From assembly GCA_030704615.1 (NCBI GenBank), contig CM060733.1, positions 63,116,001 to 63,180,000 on the forward strand: DNA of 64,000 nucleotides. Reading direction: 5' to 3'. The position numbers and the translations under genes are program-made. This stretch comes from Takakia lepidozioides. Its lineage: Eukaryota > Plantae > Bryophyta. This document shows, piece after piece, positions 1 through 11,770 of the stretch (the stretch's first letter is position 1; each line of letters opens with the position of its first letter). The notes under the pieces were generated by a model. It made no database searches. It was given only the letters and a program-made list of their open reading frames with translations, and had not been told where the DNA came from.

Positions 1-650
1 GAAATTCATTGCTCGCGAAAAAAAAAAAAATTCGGGAGGATTCGGATGAATTTCGGCGCCGAAACGCGAAGAAAAAAAAAAAATCGGGAGGACTTCGGAT
101 GAATTTCGGCGCCGAAATTCATTGCTCGCGAAGAAAAAAAAAATTCGGGAGGACTTCAGATGAATTTCGGCGCCGAAATTCATTGCTGGCGAAGAAAAAA
201 AAAATTCGGAGGACTTCGGATGAATTTCGGCGCCGAAATTCATTGCTCGCGAAGAAAAAAGAAAATTAGAAGGGAGGACTTGGATGAGATTCGGCGCCGA
301 AGTTCATCTGTCGCAAAGAAAAGAAAAAAAAAAAAAAAACTTCAGATGAATTTCGGCACCGAAATCCATCCGCAGGGCAGCAGAATTAGGGTCGGAAAAG
401 GAGATGAAGAATGAATTTCGGCGCCGAAATACGTCCATTCTGCCGATTCAGGATTACTGTCATTCGGATGTCGGCACCGATATCCGGACACGTGGTGAAT
501 CACGACTGTAATCAGGAACACATTCATCTGTATTTTGGCATCCAAATTTCATGTGCAAAATTTCATGCACCGAAATCCATCCATGGATGCTTGGTCAGTT
601 TCATGAGGTGAACAAATTACTATTTCTGTCGCCGGAATTTCCCCTGGCTT
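1..650. repeat. Tandem array (~60-bp period) of the 20-bp palindrome GAATTTCGGCGCCGAAATTC separated by A-tracts; probably a transposon subterminal array
   Basis: Perfect palindrome at 101-120, 162-181 and 222-241; degenerate copies near 48, 288, 348 and 413, decaying to ~650; spacers are near-identical poly-A-containing units. Confidence 0.9.
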
Positions 651-1077
651 CCAAAGTTGTTACATGACAGAGATGTTCATCCAGATTTCGGTGCCTGATT
701 ATTGTAGCCCAAGTGGTTGTACATTACAATTCAGGCACCAAATATCCGATGTGAACTTGCTGTTGTCGTCCGTTTTTGTAACGTACGTTACATACCTTCA
801 TCTTTACGTGCACTGATCACCCATCCTGTTGGATACGGAATCCTCCAGAAAATCATTTGTGTTATTAGGTAGGACACACTCTTCTCACTGCAGGACTTCG
901 CTGCGGAGCGTACCGAGAGGTCCCGTCTTCAACATGGACTCCCGTGTTTGGGTAAACGTGTACTTCCATCCTGATTCTCTGAAAGCTAAAATACGTTCCA
1001 CGAAATCCAATTCCCAGTCGTCATCCTCCTCCCATGAGAAGCTCTTCGCCCCGCATACCGGTGGGTAACCCCGCAGC

Positions 1078-1478
1078 TTGGCCCACCCATCGGTGGGGGA
1101 AACTGAAAAGACGGCGGCCACAACAAAGGCGAACGACACCAGGATGGCCAACGCTCTTGCAATGCCCTGCATAGTGCAAGGTTGCAGGGATGTTCCTCAC
1201 CCCGGGATGGGGCGCATATTTCAGTTGTCAACAGCCGGGTCTGCTGCGCGCAGTGTCGTGTATACAATCACGGTTTCACAAAACCCAGCTTGCAACTGTG
1301 AGGACTTCCTTGTTATGGAATCTAAGAATGCAGCATACGTCCCCTGCAAACACCTTTATTACATTTTTCTGAACGCATGAGTTGCATATCCGCAGTGGAC
1401 GTCTTCATCCATGCTCCAACACTGAGTTTCAACGAGCTGCACAAGGCCCTACGGCAGGACACTGGTCGGACTGCTTGA
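1078..1478 (+). pseudogene. SWIM zinc-finger fragment (MULE-associated C-terminal domain)
   Basis: VYTITVSQNPACNCEDF...YVPCKHLYYIF matches the SWIM CxC...CxH pattern; continues after a frameshift as DVFIHAPTLSFNELHKAL. Confidence 0.7.
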
Positions 1479-1920
1479 CATTCCACATTCGGGAAGGAGA
1501 AAGTGGCAATTATATTACATTCATCTTCTTGCACCCTATTTTTTTTTGAGGAATTATACACTTGGTGGTGCCGCATCGCCATGGCTACATGTGAATTTTG
1601 GTGCCGCAATACATGAGTGGTTTTGGCCATGAATGGCATGCGCATGCTTTTTTTATTTTGGTTGTCTACAAATGGATCCGAGTAAAGCATACATTGTGTG
1701 GAGATTAACGGGCATTGAGGCCTATTTCAGCGCCGTTTATGGTCTATGTACTGCATAGTGCTTCCTTGTTACTGCTCTTCATTCAATTTGTAGTGATTTC
1801 GCAGCCCATCCTGGCGTTTTCGTCCACCTCTATGAGAAGACTTCAATTTGCTACAAATACATTGTTACTGTTCTGCAAATGTGATGTCTTTACAAGATTG
1901 CTAGTTCTGTGTCCCAGTGG

Positions 1921-2032
1921 GAAAGTGCGCTGCTGTCACCCCTAAGGTTCCTGTTGGTCTCAGTCTGCGCAAAAATTAAGGGTACCCCACAGAACCCGTA
2001 AAAGCGTCTAAGTCCCAAGCAGCCCTCTAACA
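1921..2032 (-). mobile_element. Outer ~110 bp of an LTR (TGTTAGAGGG... start), same family as the LTRs at 50685-51737 and 57438-58440
   Basis: Closely matches 51622-51737, ends ...ccctctaaca and is followed by AATGT. Confidence 0.85.
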
Positions 2033-2115
2033 AATGTCTTGGTAATTGTCGTGGTAATTGTCATGATAATGGTGATAGTCGTGGAGTAAAGTCATGGAGT
2101 AGATCATGGAGTAAA
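2033..2115. repeat. Short degenerate 12-bp tandem repeat (ggtaattgtcat-like), continuous in pattern with 50663-50684
   Basis: aatgtcttggtaattgtcgtggtaattgtcatgataat... Confidence 0.7.
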
Positions 2116-2589
2116 AGTATTTGTGTAAAATTGTTCGAGGAGAGTAGCGCATGCTTGAAATTGATAGCACGAGAGATGGCCACTTTGTCCACATTGCTTG
2201 TGTCATTCTACCAAGGGGGCGCTATCGATAAACACGACATCCTCGTTAGTTTCAACCGGGCGACAGAAACCACTGACATTTTGTTCAAATATAGGCACCC
2301 GGTCACTCAGGAGGTCCTTGAGAGGCCAGTTAGAGTTCCTTCTTCTTGGGCGAGGGGACCATAGGTCTTGCATGCTAGAGTAGACATGTTTCGACTCGCC
2401 GACACTCATGGCACATACATTTTCATTCAGAAATCAAGCAGCTTCCCTGTGCCATATGGGGAATATACATGCTTGGATAATCTTCTGTTAAGGTTTTTTG
2501 CAATTCACTGCCAGTATGCTGGGACGTGTCCTTTGTCGTATGGATTGCTGTTTGCACAAAGTGCAGTATGCAAATGCTGGAATGTGCAG

Positions 2590-5040
2590 TAGGCGTCTAA
2601 CCCCTCCAGCATCTCGAGTCGTTCTTTCAGGGACTCGGATGTCGCCAATCTCTCGGTGATGGCTAGTCGCAATGAGGGAATCTCTGTTTCGATGGGCATA
2701 ATGGACTCCACCCCGTAAACCAATGAAAAGGGGGTGTGTCGAGTGGTTACCTTATGTGTACTGCCAACTTGGTGTCCCAGTCTCGCTTGTGCTCCCTAAT
2801 TGTTTGGGAGAGGATGTTGCACAAGGTTTGATTGGTGCGCTCTACTTGACCACTTGTCTGAGGGTGATAGGGGGTAGCCTTGTGATGCTTGATGGAGAAT
2901 GCTGCCATCATTTCTTCGATGACGTCGTTAATAAAGTGAGAGCCCCTGTCACTCACTATCTCCTTGGGGCATCCGAATTGGGAAATAATATTTTCATAAA
3001 TGAAAGAAGCGGTTACCTGCGCGTTGGCCTTCTTGACTGCCTTGTCCTCTGCCCACTTGGTCAGATACTCGGTGGCTACGATGATGTAGCGATTTTGTCG
3101 ACTTGAAGCGAGGTGCACTTCCCCTACATAGTCGATTCCCCACTTCTCAAACGGAGCAAGGGGGAGAGTAGGAACTAACGGCATTCCAAGCCTGTTATCC
3201 CTTTAGGCGTACCTCTGGCAAGAGTCGCATTTTCGCACATGTATGTGCGCATCTTTGAACATGGAGGGCCAGTAATATCCTGCCCTCAAAGCCTTTTGGA
3301 CCGTGAGTCGCCCTGCAAAGTGTCCTCCGCACATGCTGTCATGAGCTGACTCTAAAATCTGGGGAACCTCCTCTGGAGTGATGCATCGCCTCAAGAGTCC
3401 ATCCAATCCCCTCCTGTAAAGTTGCCCTCCCACAAGGGCAAACTTCATATTGCGCAATCGAAGTCGTCTTCGTGCGTGTCGATCCATTCCTGGTGGAAAT
3501 TCCAGGGTGCTAAGTAACTGAGCAATGTACTCGTACCAAGGAGGAACCGTCTCAATCGAGAATAAGAAGGCATAAATCATCGTCAATAGGCTCGTCCCCC
3601 ATCTTCTCTGACAATCGCGAGAGATGGTCGGCCTGGGCGTTAAGCCCCTGGTTTGTAAACTACCTTGTAGTCGAATTCCTGAAGTAAAATGACCCATCTT
3701 GCTATTCTCCCTGTCAGGTCAGGTTTGTTGATCAAGTATCGCAATGCCATGTGATCAACAAAAAATGTAAATGGGGTCTCCAATAAATAATGCCGATACT
3801 TTTTTACGGCAAAAATCATTCCCAGAGCCTCTCGCTCCATGGTATTGTACCTAGTCTCAGCGAATGTCAGCAGTCGACTGGCGAAAGATATCGGATGATC
3901 ATGGCCATCAGCGTCTGGTTGGCAAAGGGCACATCCTACTGCCACTGCTGAAGCATCAACACAAACATGAAAAGACGTGTTCCAATCCGGAGCTGCCAAG
4001 ACTGGTGCAGACACCAACCGTTCCTTGAGCATTTCAAAAGACTCCTGACACCCTGCATCCCAGGAGAATACCTGGTTCTTTTTCAATAGTCGAGTCAGAG
4101 GTAATGCATCTGCTGCATACTTGTCCATAAATTTCCTATACCACCCTGTGTGGCCAAGGAATCCCTTCACTTTGGACGACGTCTCTAGTGCGGGAAGTTC
4201 GACGATGGTGCTTACTTTTGCTGGGTCTGTCGCCACACCGTCTTTGGATACTATGTGTCCCAGTAGCAGTCCATGTGTGACTGTGAATACGCACTTCATT
4301 GGATTGAGAGATATCCCATTTTCTCTGCACCGGATGAAGCATTCTTGTAGTGCCACAACGTGATCCTTCGCATCCCCGTTGCAACAAAAGTCATCTAAGA
4401 AAATGACTAGATTCTTTCTCACAATGTCCGAGAAAACATACATCATGACCCTCTGAAAGGTCAGGGGTGCGTTGCACAAGCCAAAGGGCATCCTTGTGTA
4501 GGCAAATGTTCCCCAGGGTGAGGTGAATGTGGTCTTCAACACATCTTTCGGGTCGATCAACACTTGATTGTAGCCCGAGAATCCATCCATGAAAGAGTAG
4601 AGTTCCTTCCCTGCTACTTCTTCCACTAATGTGTCTATAAACGGCAAGGGAAAATGATCCTTGTGCGTTACCTTGTTAAGGGGGCGGAAGTCCACACATA
4701 CCCTTAATCCTCCGTTCTTTTTTCCGAACGATCACCATGAGGGACACCCAGGCTGATGTCTCCACTGGAAAGATAAACTCAGCGGCTAGCAGTTTTTTGA
4801 TTTCTGCTTTGATGAGAAGAGCCAGATTGGGATTCACCCTCCTTTCTCGCTGCCGTCGGGTGTAGCTCCCGGAATCAGGGGAATAGAGTGCATGGCCACA
4901 TAAGAGGGCACCCCTTTCAACTCGGTGTAGGACCATGCGAAGATGTCTCTAAATTCTTTGAACAAGGCCTGATACTCTGCTGCCTATTCTACTGTCAAAT
5001 GGGATCCAATCTTCACCATCTTGGGTGATTCTTCTCCCAC
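2590..5040 (-). mobile_element. Decayed non-chromoviral Ty3/gypsy pol (RT-RNaseH-integrase)
   Basis: DFRPLNK...FPLP, MDGFSGYNQ, MPFGLCNAP, FLDD, DAS, GGHFAG...AGYYWP, WGIDYVG, SDRGSHF, YHPQTSGQVER; several frameshifts. Confidence 0.95.
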
Positions 5041-8000
5041 CGCCATATCGACCAATTGCGTTGTTGGCTCGGCTGTGAAGGTTGTTGTTCAAACCTTGAT
5101 CCGTTTGACCCTTGTTGTAAATATGGAATGTAGGGGGCACTATGTTTCATCACATCCCTTTCTAGGTCGGCCTCCTCTACAATTCTCATTTCAATGACGC
5201 TGCCCCAATCATTCACATTGGCGGTAACAATGTCGACACCATCCATGGCACCTAGTTCTCGCCCGCCTGTTACCGAGGCGGAGGTTACTGTGCCATTGGG
5301 GAGAGCCACACGGGCAACACCATTACCTGCTGCCAAGGCTACGACAACTAGTGTGCTGCTGGGGGCGGCCACATCTGTGTGCCAGGCTCCATTATTCTCA
5401 GCTACCATGATTGCGACACCGGAGGTGCGACCTGCTGCAGTGTTCAGACCCAGTGGCTAAGGGCACCTGCACTTGCATCCACTGCAAGAACTCCTATGGT
5501 TGGCTGGTCATCACCTAGCCTCACCATAGAAGAAACACTGGTGGTCTTGATGGTCATCACTCCAGCCTCACCACCGACAGCATACTCTATGATTGACCGG
5601 TGATCAAATCCGGCCTAATCCCTATGAAAGCAAGCGCCCACACAAAACCAACATTGCGCACAGTCAAGCATGCAGGTGTGTGGGGGGGGGGGGTCCAAAC
5701 ACAAGAAATCAAAACATCAACACCCCCACACCAAAATCCCTCCGCACTGCTGCTCCTGCAGAATACCCCAGCCCAAAAACCCGGATTGATTATGTAGCCT
5801 CCGCCTATGTAGGCCTTAGCAACTATAACTACAAAGTAATGAAAATAGTAAAGAGACGGAGGGGAAGAAAAGAGGCCCGACCAAGCAAGATCTAATCCTG
5901 TCAACTGCCAGACTTCTCTCAAAGTGCCTCGCTCTGCAAGATGGTAAGGTGTAGGAGGTATATCTATGTCTAGAAACCTACCACTAACCTTATCCCAAGC
6001 TACAGTAGCCCTCTCTAACCAGCCCTCCTCTTCTCTCTGCCAGATAGAGACAAAGTAATATTTCCCTATCTCCCGCTCACTGACTAAAGAAAATAAAGGT
6101 AGGGTCTGACAGTCTCTCAACTCGAAAGCTTTGAGACGGTTGCGGGTGTCCTCGTTGCGAAGGACTGCATCTCCTTCAAGTAGAACAAACTGTTCGTTGC
6201 TAATGAACCCCCGCTCGTGGTTGCCTCGTGCAGAGCGTGTCCGACTGCAACCACGTCTGATTGCAAAAATTTGTGTAGCTCCTCCTCCTCTGCTCCAGTA
6301 CACGACGGCCTTGTAGCTGAACACCTTGGTCCCCGGGACTGTCTTTGGCTGTGTCCCCAACCTAGCCTTCACCCACTCTGGTGTGTCGCCTACAGCTGCA
6401 GAGCTGCTCTCTCTAGCAGCACTCTGCCCATTGTCTGACTCACAGTATGCCATTAGAGCCTCCAATTGGCTCCCACTTAGTCAGTTTGTGTGCCTTGGGA
6501 AACATAAATATTTTCCCCAACCACTTGAAGACTCAGTGAAGATATCAACCCCGCAATGACATCCTCATCTCCTCCAGCCATGCATCATTGGCATACAAAA
6601 TTTTCCAGTACCATACAGGCCAATTCTCCGTAGCAGTGTACTAGGATTGCATTTGGCCAATTTCAGCACCGACACCATTTTATTTTTCAAAAAAAATCCA
6701 TAGATTTTTGGTTGGGTCTAGGTAGGTAGATCTCCCTTTTCTGCAACTCCCTGCCCATTTTTTGGGTCAAATGGCCTTGGTATGCCAAAGTTATGGCCAA
6801 ACAAGCAATGTATAATTTAAATTAGATCAAAACAAGGTTCCAAATGTATTTCTTTTTTTCCAAATGGATGAATAATTTTGGGCGTACCCTACATATTCCC
6901 CAACAAATAAACACCGTTCCTAGCTGGTTCCTTGTTCCTGTATATGTGCCCAAAGTTCTAAATTGGTACCAGAGGCTCTTACATATGGTTCAACATATTC
7001 AAGCATATCCGACTGGCATCACTCGTCTCTGTGGCAAACGCAACCCGCCAGTCCCCCGCATACAATCTCGTCAGCTCAACTTGAGCAACAGACCGTTCTC
7101 GCAATGCGTGGACGTCAACCATGTGCAGGCACCATGGCAGCTCCAAAACCATGGGCGGCCCAGGAAGACGACGTCTCCTCACCTAATGAGAACGTTGACA
7201 GTACCCGGGGATTCCAGCAGGACGGACATGGCTATACCTTGGGAATTACAATGAATGGCAGGTTGAAGCCCTTTGGCAGCGGCTAGAGAGTGTTTCTGTG
7301 GTAAAGAACTTGGCAAATTGGCAGTTTGAGCCGACCAACCTTCATCTTTCTCTCAGGCCCGTACCTTTCAATCCCACTGCTGCAAATCCGAAGGAGGTAC
7401 CCCAACAACCCGCCCGGTGAGTGTCTAATCTTTTCAACACCACCGCCACCAACACAGCTCACAGTGCAGCTACGGCAGATGTGAGCCATCGAGTGGGCCT
7501 TGCTGCAAATGGCTTGCCTGTAAGCTAGGTACTACTCCGCCCTGTCCTCCCTGTCCCAGCTGGCAGCACTCTTGAGTTCAACTTAGGCAGACACACTGAA
7601 TTTGGCTCCCCGTACAGACTGAATGCAACTCGGATCTTCAACACATGGGTAGGTTACAACTTCCACTCAACAGTAGGCTGTGACCCGACCCAATTTTCGA
7701 TCACCAATTCCGTGACCTAGCATTCTTGTTCTGTTTGAATCATCGCACACTATAGATGAAGCAATGATTGTGGCTCTGTAATACGCACTCATCTAGATAA
7801 CCAGTCAGAGATGGAAATATGGGTCAGAACGATTAACAAACGCAACAATTTGTTCATCAAGTAACCCAGTCTGCAGCTCTCCAGCACTGCGCATTCTTCC
7901 TTCTCCCATCCACAAACAATGTTGTGGGTCCCTGGCTAGCGGCACACGATCTACTCCGCTCATTGATCCAAAATAATGACGAGCCTTTGGTGTTGCGTGA

Positions 8001-9417
8001 ACCCGCTACCACCCCGGGCATGCCACTCCTCGACCCCTGCTATTGCACTTTTACACATGTTGTGCACTTGCGAAGTAGAAAGTAGACCTATCAGCTTAAA
8101 AAGCACTTGCTGATCACGCTTATGTCAACTTCCTGGCCTGTCACGAGGAATGGGAGTCCATTTCAGACTTGCAGACTATCCTTAGCATCCCTCATCATAG
8201 TCTACACTTGTACACCAACCTGCAACTGCCATGACTTCCAGTTCACAATTTGTTATCTTGCTCAACCGAAATCTTCACGGTCTAGGAAGCTGACTCTCCT
8301 CACTGTAGCAGCACATTGCATCACCAAATCCTGTTGCCGTGTCGTTGGTTGTGTTGATCAGCTCTACATCAAGAGACACCTTGTTCGGAGCGTTCACTAT
8401 CGCACAGATGGAAGGTCGCACTACCGAGAGAGCCCAACCTCAAGAAACCCTCTTCCAGGTCCTTCATTCTTCGAAACCCAATTGCAAAATCCAAAATGAA
8501 GATGGATCAGATTTATGAAACATACAGTGAAGCTGACCAGTTTCTTTTCCCGATCTCCATCTTCACACTTTCTACCTAGACATTACCCTTAGACAGGTTA
8601 TCCATTAAAGTCAGCCGCGATGTGGCCCTTTTGTGATACCTCTTTTTACCGTGGCTCCCTTGCCATCCTCATGCTTGTGCTGCCACTTCTCAAGCGTCTA
8701 GAAAGAAAGTGAAGTCTCCACAAGCTGACTCTCAAACCTCATCAACGGGTCGTTTCTTGGTAGCAGCCAGTGCCAGTGCTCGAGTTTCCCCACGTCCACT
8801 CTTAAACAACCGCTCCAGCTGCTATTGCCTATCGCCATGCCATGTGAATCTACAGACTTGTAGAATATGGATCTATATAATAATATTGCTCCGTATAACT
8901 CAGCATGTGTAGACGATGGCCTATATCTGTAGATACCATTGCAAAACTAATAGTAACTATCTCATCACCAGAAGACATTCTGGCTGTCAGTCATGCTTCA
9001 AACCTTATTTCAAGACATAGTACTAAAACAAAGAATTTATCTAGCATAGCACTACAAAGCTAGATAGACATCTCTCTCGAGTGATTGAAAACCAAACTTA
9101 TAATGTCATGACAGACAAACACAAAATACAATCACTCATTAAAATAGGTCGAGCCAGGGGCACCCCAAGCTATGGGGACTCCACCCCACAACATCCTACT
9201 CTCATCGGTGCACTCACACACTCGCACAAAGAGCTCGTGGTCGTGCAGGCTCGAGAGAGATGAGACGCACGACCGACGAGAGAGAAGATAAGATCTTCAA
9301 GATGTCAAGTTTAGATCTTGACATCTGGTTTAGCACTTGAACTAATTCCAAGTATTAAATACAAATAACTATATTTATTCTAGTTAGTTTCACACTGTGC
9401 TTAATTTAACTTGACAG

Positions 9418-9745
9418 ATTACATCAAACAACTCCCACAAAGGCAACGACGTGCAACTGGAGCAAGTGATGCAAATTGACACCAAGACTCTGCGCTATGT
9501 AAACCACATGGAGGTGGAAATGTTAATGGGATATCCAGAAAATTACACCCATCATGTGCAAGTAAAGGGAGCGGACAATTACTTAAATGATCTCATTACA
9601 AACAGGTACGTAAATATTTTTAGCTTATGACCAGCATAGTGTATCTGCGTGGTTTTGTGGAAGGAAAGAATGTGAATTATTTATGATGCAGGAGAGGCCA
9701 ATTTACAATTGCTCCATTGGAACATCACTAATGACTTCGGTCGTT
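9418..9745 (+). pseudogene. Two exons of a DNMT3-like C5-cytosine methyltransferase (motif IX-X region)
   Basis: The ag|...|gt exon 9418-9605 is open: ITSNNSHKGNDVQLEQVMQIDTKTLRYVNHMEVEMLMGYPENYT (cf. DNMT3 TITTRSNS...EMERVFGFPVHYT). The next exon from 9692 reads ..LEHH**LRSL, where both stops are explicable as C>T changes of CAA/CGA. Confidence 0.65.
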
Positions 9746-9895
9746 AATGTCATCCATTGATTGTACCACATTGATAAAAAGTGGCTGGAGTTTGCAGCCG
9801 ACCCCATAAACCTTTGGTTGGGTCTCAGCCTTGATGGTGTCAATCCTTCCAGTGATAAATCAAACAAGTGGTCAACATGGCTTGTATATATGGGC
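9746..9895 (+). mobile_element. CACTA/EnSpm transposase fragment (Transposase_21 core)
   Basis: HIDKKWLEFAADPINLWLGLSLDGVNP...WSTW, homologous to HIDATWLDFAEDPRNVRLGVSTDGVNP at ~28800-28890. Confidence 0.8.
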
Positions 9896-10170
9896 ATAGC
9901 GCTGGGCACTTACATGGGATGGTGAGGTAGCAACATGGTAGTAGCCATGATAGTAGAGTGGTGTGGTCGGGCGGTCTCCCTTGGTAAGTTCCGCCATTGA
10001 TGAGAAAAAACCACTGCATCTGGGCGTATGTCATGAGAGTTGGTGGACTTGCAATAATATATTGCATGGTTGTATCAGGTAATCCGCAGCCCATGTGTTA
10101 TATGATATAGGCATTGGCCAGGTGTTCCAAGCTTGTGGGGATTGGGTGCATAGTGGGGATGGGTTTGTTA
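9896..10170 (-). mobile_element. Degenerate fragment of the RLE-type LINE family found at 43147-44445
   Basis: WFFLINGGTYQGRPPDHTT..SWLLPC matches WFTIINVGTFQGRPLDHTVPPWLLPC. Confidence 0.7.
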
Positions 10171-10227
10171 CAACTACTGGAGGGTTAGAACTCGTTTTTC
10201 ACATCGTGAGTGCAATTTCTTAACGAC

Positions 10228-10375
10228 TCTCATATCAGGGACAAATTTGACACACTCCTCATTTTCATTTTCGGGTAGCTCATATCAGGGACAAATTTGC
10301 CACACTCTTCATTTTCATTTTCGGGGAGCTCATATCAGGGACAAATTTGCCACACTCTTCATTTTCATTTTCAGG
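10228..10375. repeat. Three ~50-bp tandem repeats
   Basis: ctcatatcagggacaaatttgccacactcttcattttcattttc at ~10229, ~10279 and ~10328. Confidence 0.85.
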
Positions 10376-11770
10376 GAGAAGCGCCAAAGATGGTGCGAGG
10401 GACATGACACTTTGAGTAGCGTCGCGTTCAAAAGGAATACACTGAGATACAGATATAAACCTCAATTTCTTAGTTCTCTCCATCTATCAACTCCCTAGTT
10501 CTCTCTAACAAGGTTGAAGAGGTAGGTAGGTAGAGTGACCATTTTAGCCTGTCAAGTTAATAAGGGCTCAATTGATTTGACGATGTAGGCCTATTTTAGG
10601 CAATGGACGACATAAATAGACAATTGACAACCTAAATAGAAACAATCTATGGGCTCGATTCATCCTAAAACCGAGGATGTCAGGTGGCTGGTGTAATTAG
10701 GGACAACCGGTAACTTGGCTCCTCGCACCTGCTACCTAATACACTGTGGACTGGATTGTACCATTGTAAAGTATGATTTTCTTGGGCTGATTTTCTTGAT
10801 GTACAAGCAGTGTCCAGTACAGTGTGAAGGAAGGTCTATACATGGGATGAAGCAGTTTTGTTGGTCCTCTACGTAATCGGTACAAGCAAGACATTGATCT
10901 TTAGAACTACATCCCCCCCCCCCAAAAAAAAAGTATCATCTTTCCCTGAAGAAAGTAGAATCAGGAGTCGGCTGAAAAATTGTCATCACGAACCTCTGCA
11001 TCACTTACATAGGAGCGCTGCACAGATGCTTGCTGAGAATGCCAATTTTTTTTGAGAAGCCATCCATCAACTGGCACAATGGAAAACCATCCAGGTCATG
11101 GCACCAAAGCTTCAGATTTCAAAACCATATTGGACATTTCACATCACAGCCAAAGGTAATCACAAAAAGTTCCCCTACAAGTGTCTGAGCATTCTCTATC
11201 ATTCCTGGTGGAAGCTTTTCACAAAACCTTAAAGTGGAACTCCTTCTATGATACAACGAAGGCAACCAAATCTGCCCCATCATTTCCAATGATCATGTTC
11301 CCAGTCTGGCAATCAAAGTCGAAAAGAGACAAGCCACCTTGCCGTCCAACACCAATCTAACAGTACTTCTATGAGACTCCAACCAGAGTATCAGACTGCA
11401 GCCAGCTTACAAAAGAACTATTCCACCTCTGCACAGCAGCCATAGAACCCATTGAGTATGACAGTTAGGAACAGGTAAGAGTGATATACATCATGCTATG
11501 TCTGATAACTTCCCGACACTCTTCCTAGTTCAAACTGAAGTTGTGAGGGCTCTCCTTTCAGAAAGACAGACTTTGACTGAAAGCGTCCCAATGCTGTCAA
11601 CTGAGAGTGACATGACAGTTGCCATGAGGTACCTTTGTCATTTTTGTACTCAATTGTGGATTGTAGGGCCCAGGGGGGCAGTGAAGATGTAAAGGAAGAA
11701 TGGCATTTACCTGCTGGAGCCTGCTCCTTCAGCAGTTAGATAGGCAGAGGTGAATGGAGAAAGAGGTAAG

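Noticed and set aside
9-611. ORFs with repeated MNFGAEIH peptides (also those at 19516-20394, 39390-39857, 51301-51675 and 56017-56382)
   Set aside because: These are translations of DNA tandem repeats.
1-650. CRISPR-like array of palindromic repeats
   Set aside because: The spacers are near-identical A-tract units rather than unique sequences, no cas genes are present, and the context is eukaryotic. The same applies to 19690-20370 and 39370-39874.
5587-8900. Host gene in the 292-aa ORF, or a definable LINE
   Set aside because: No convincing domain was seen; there are only faint L1-like traces, too decayed to call.
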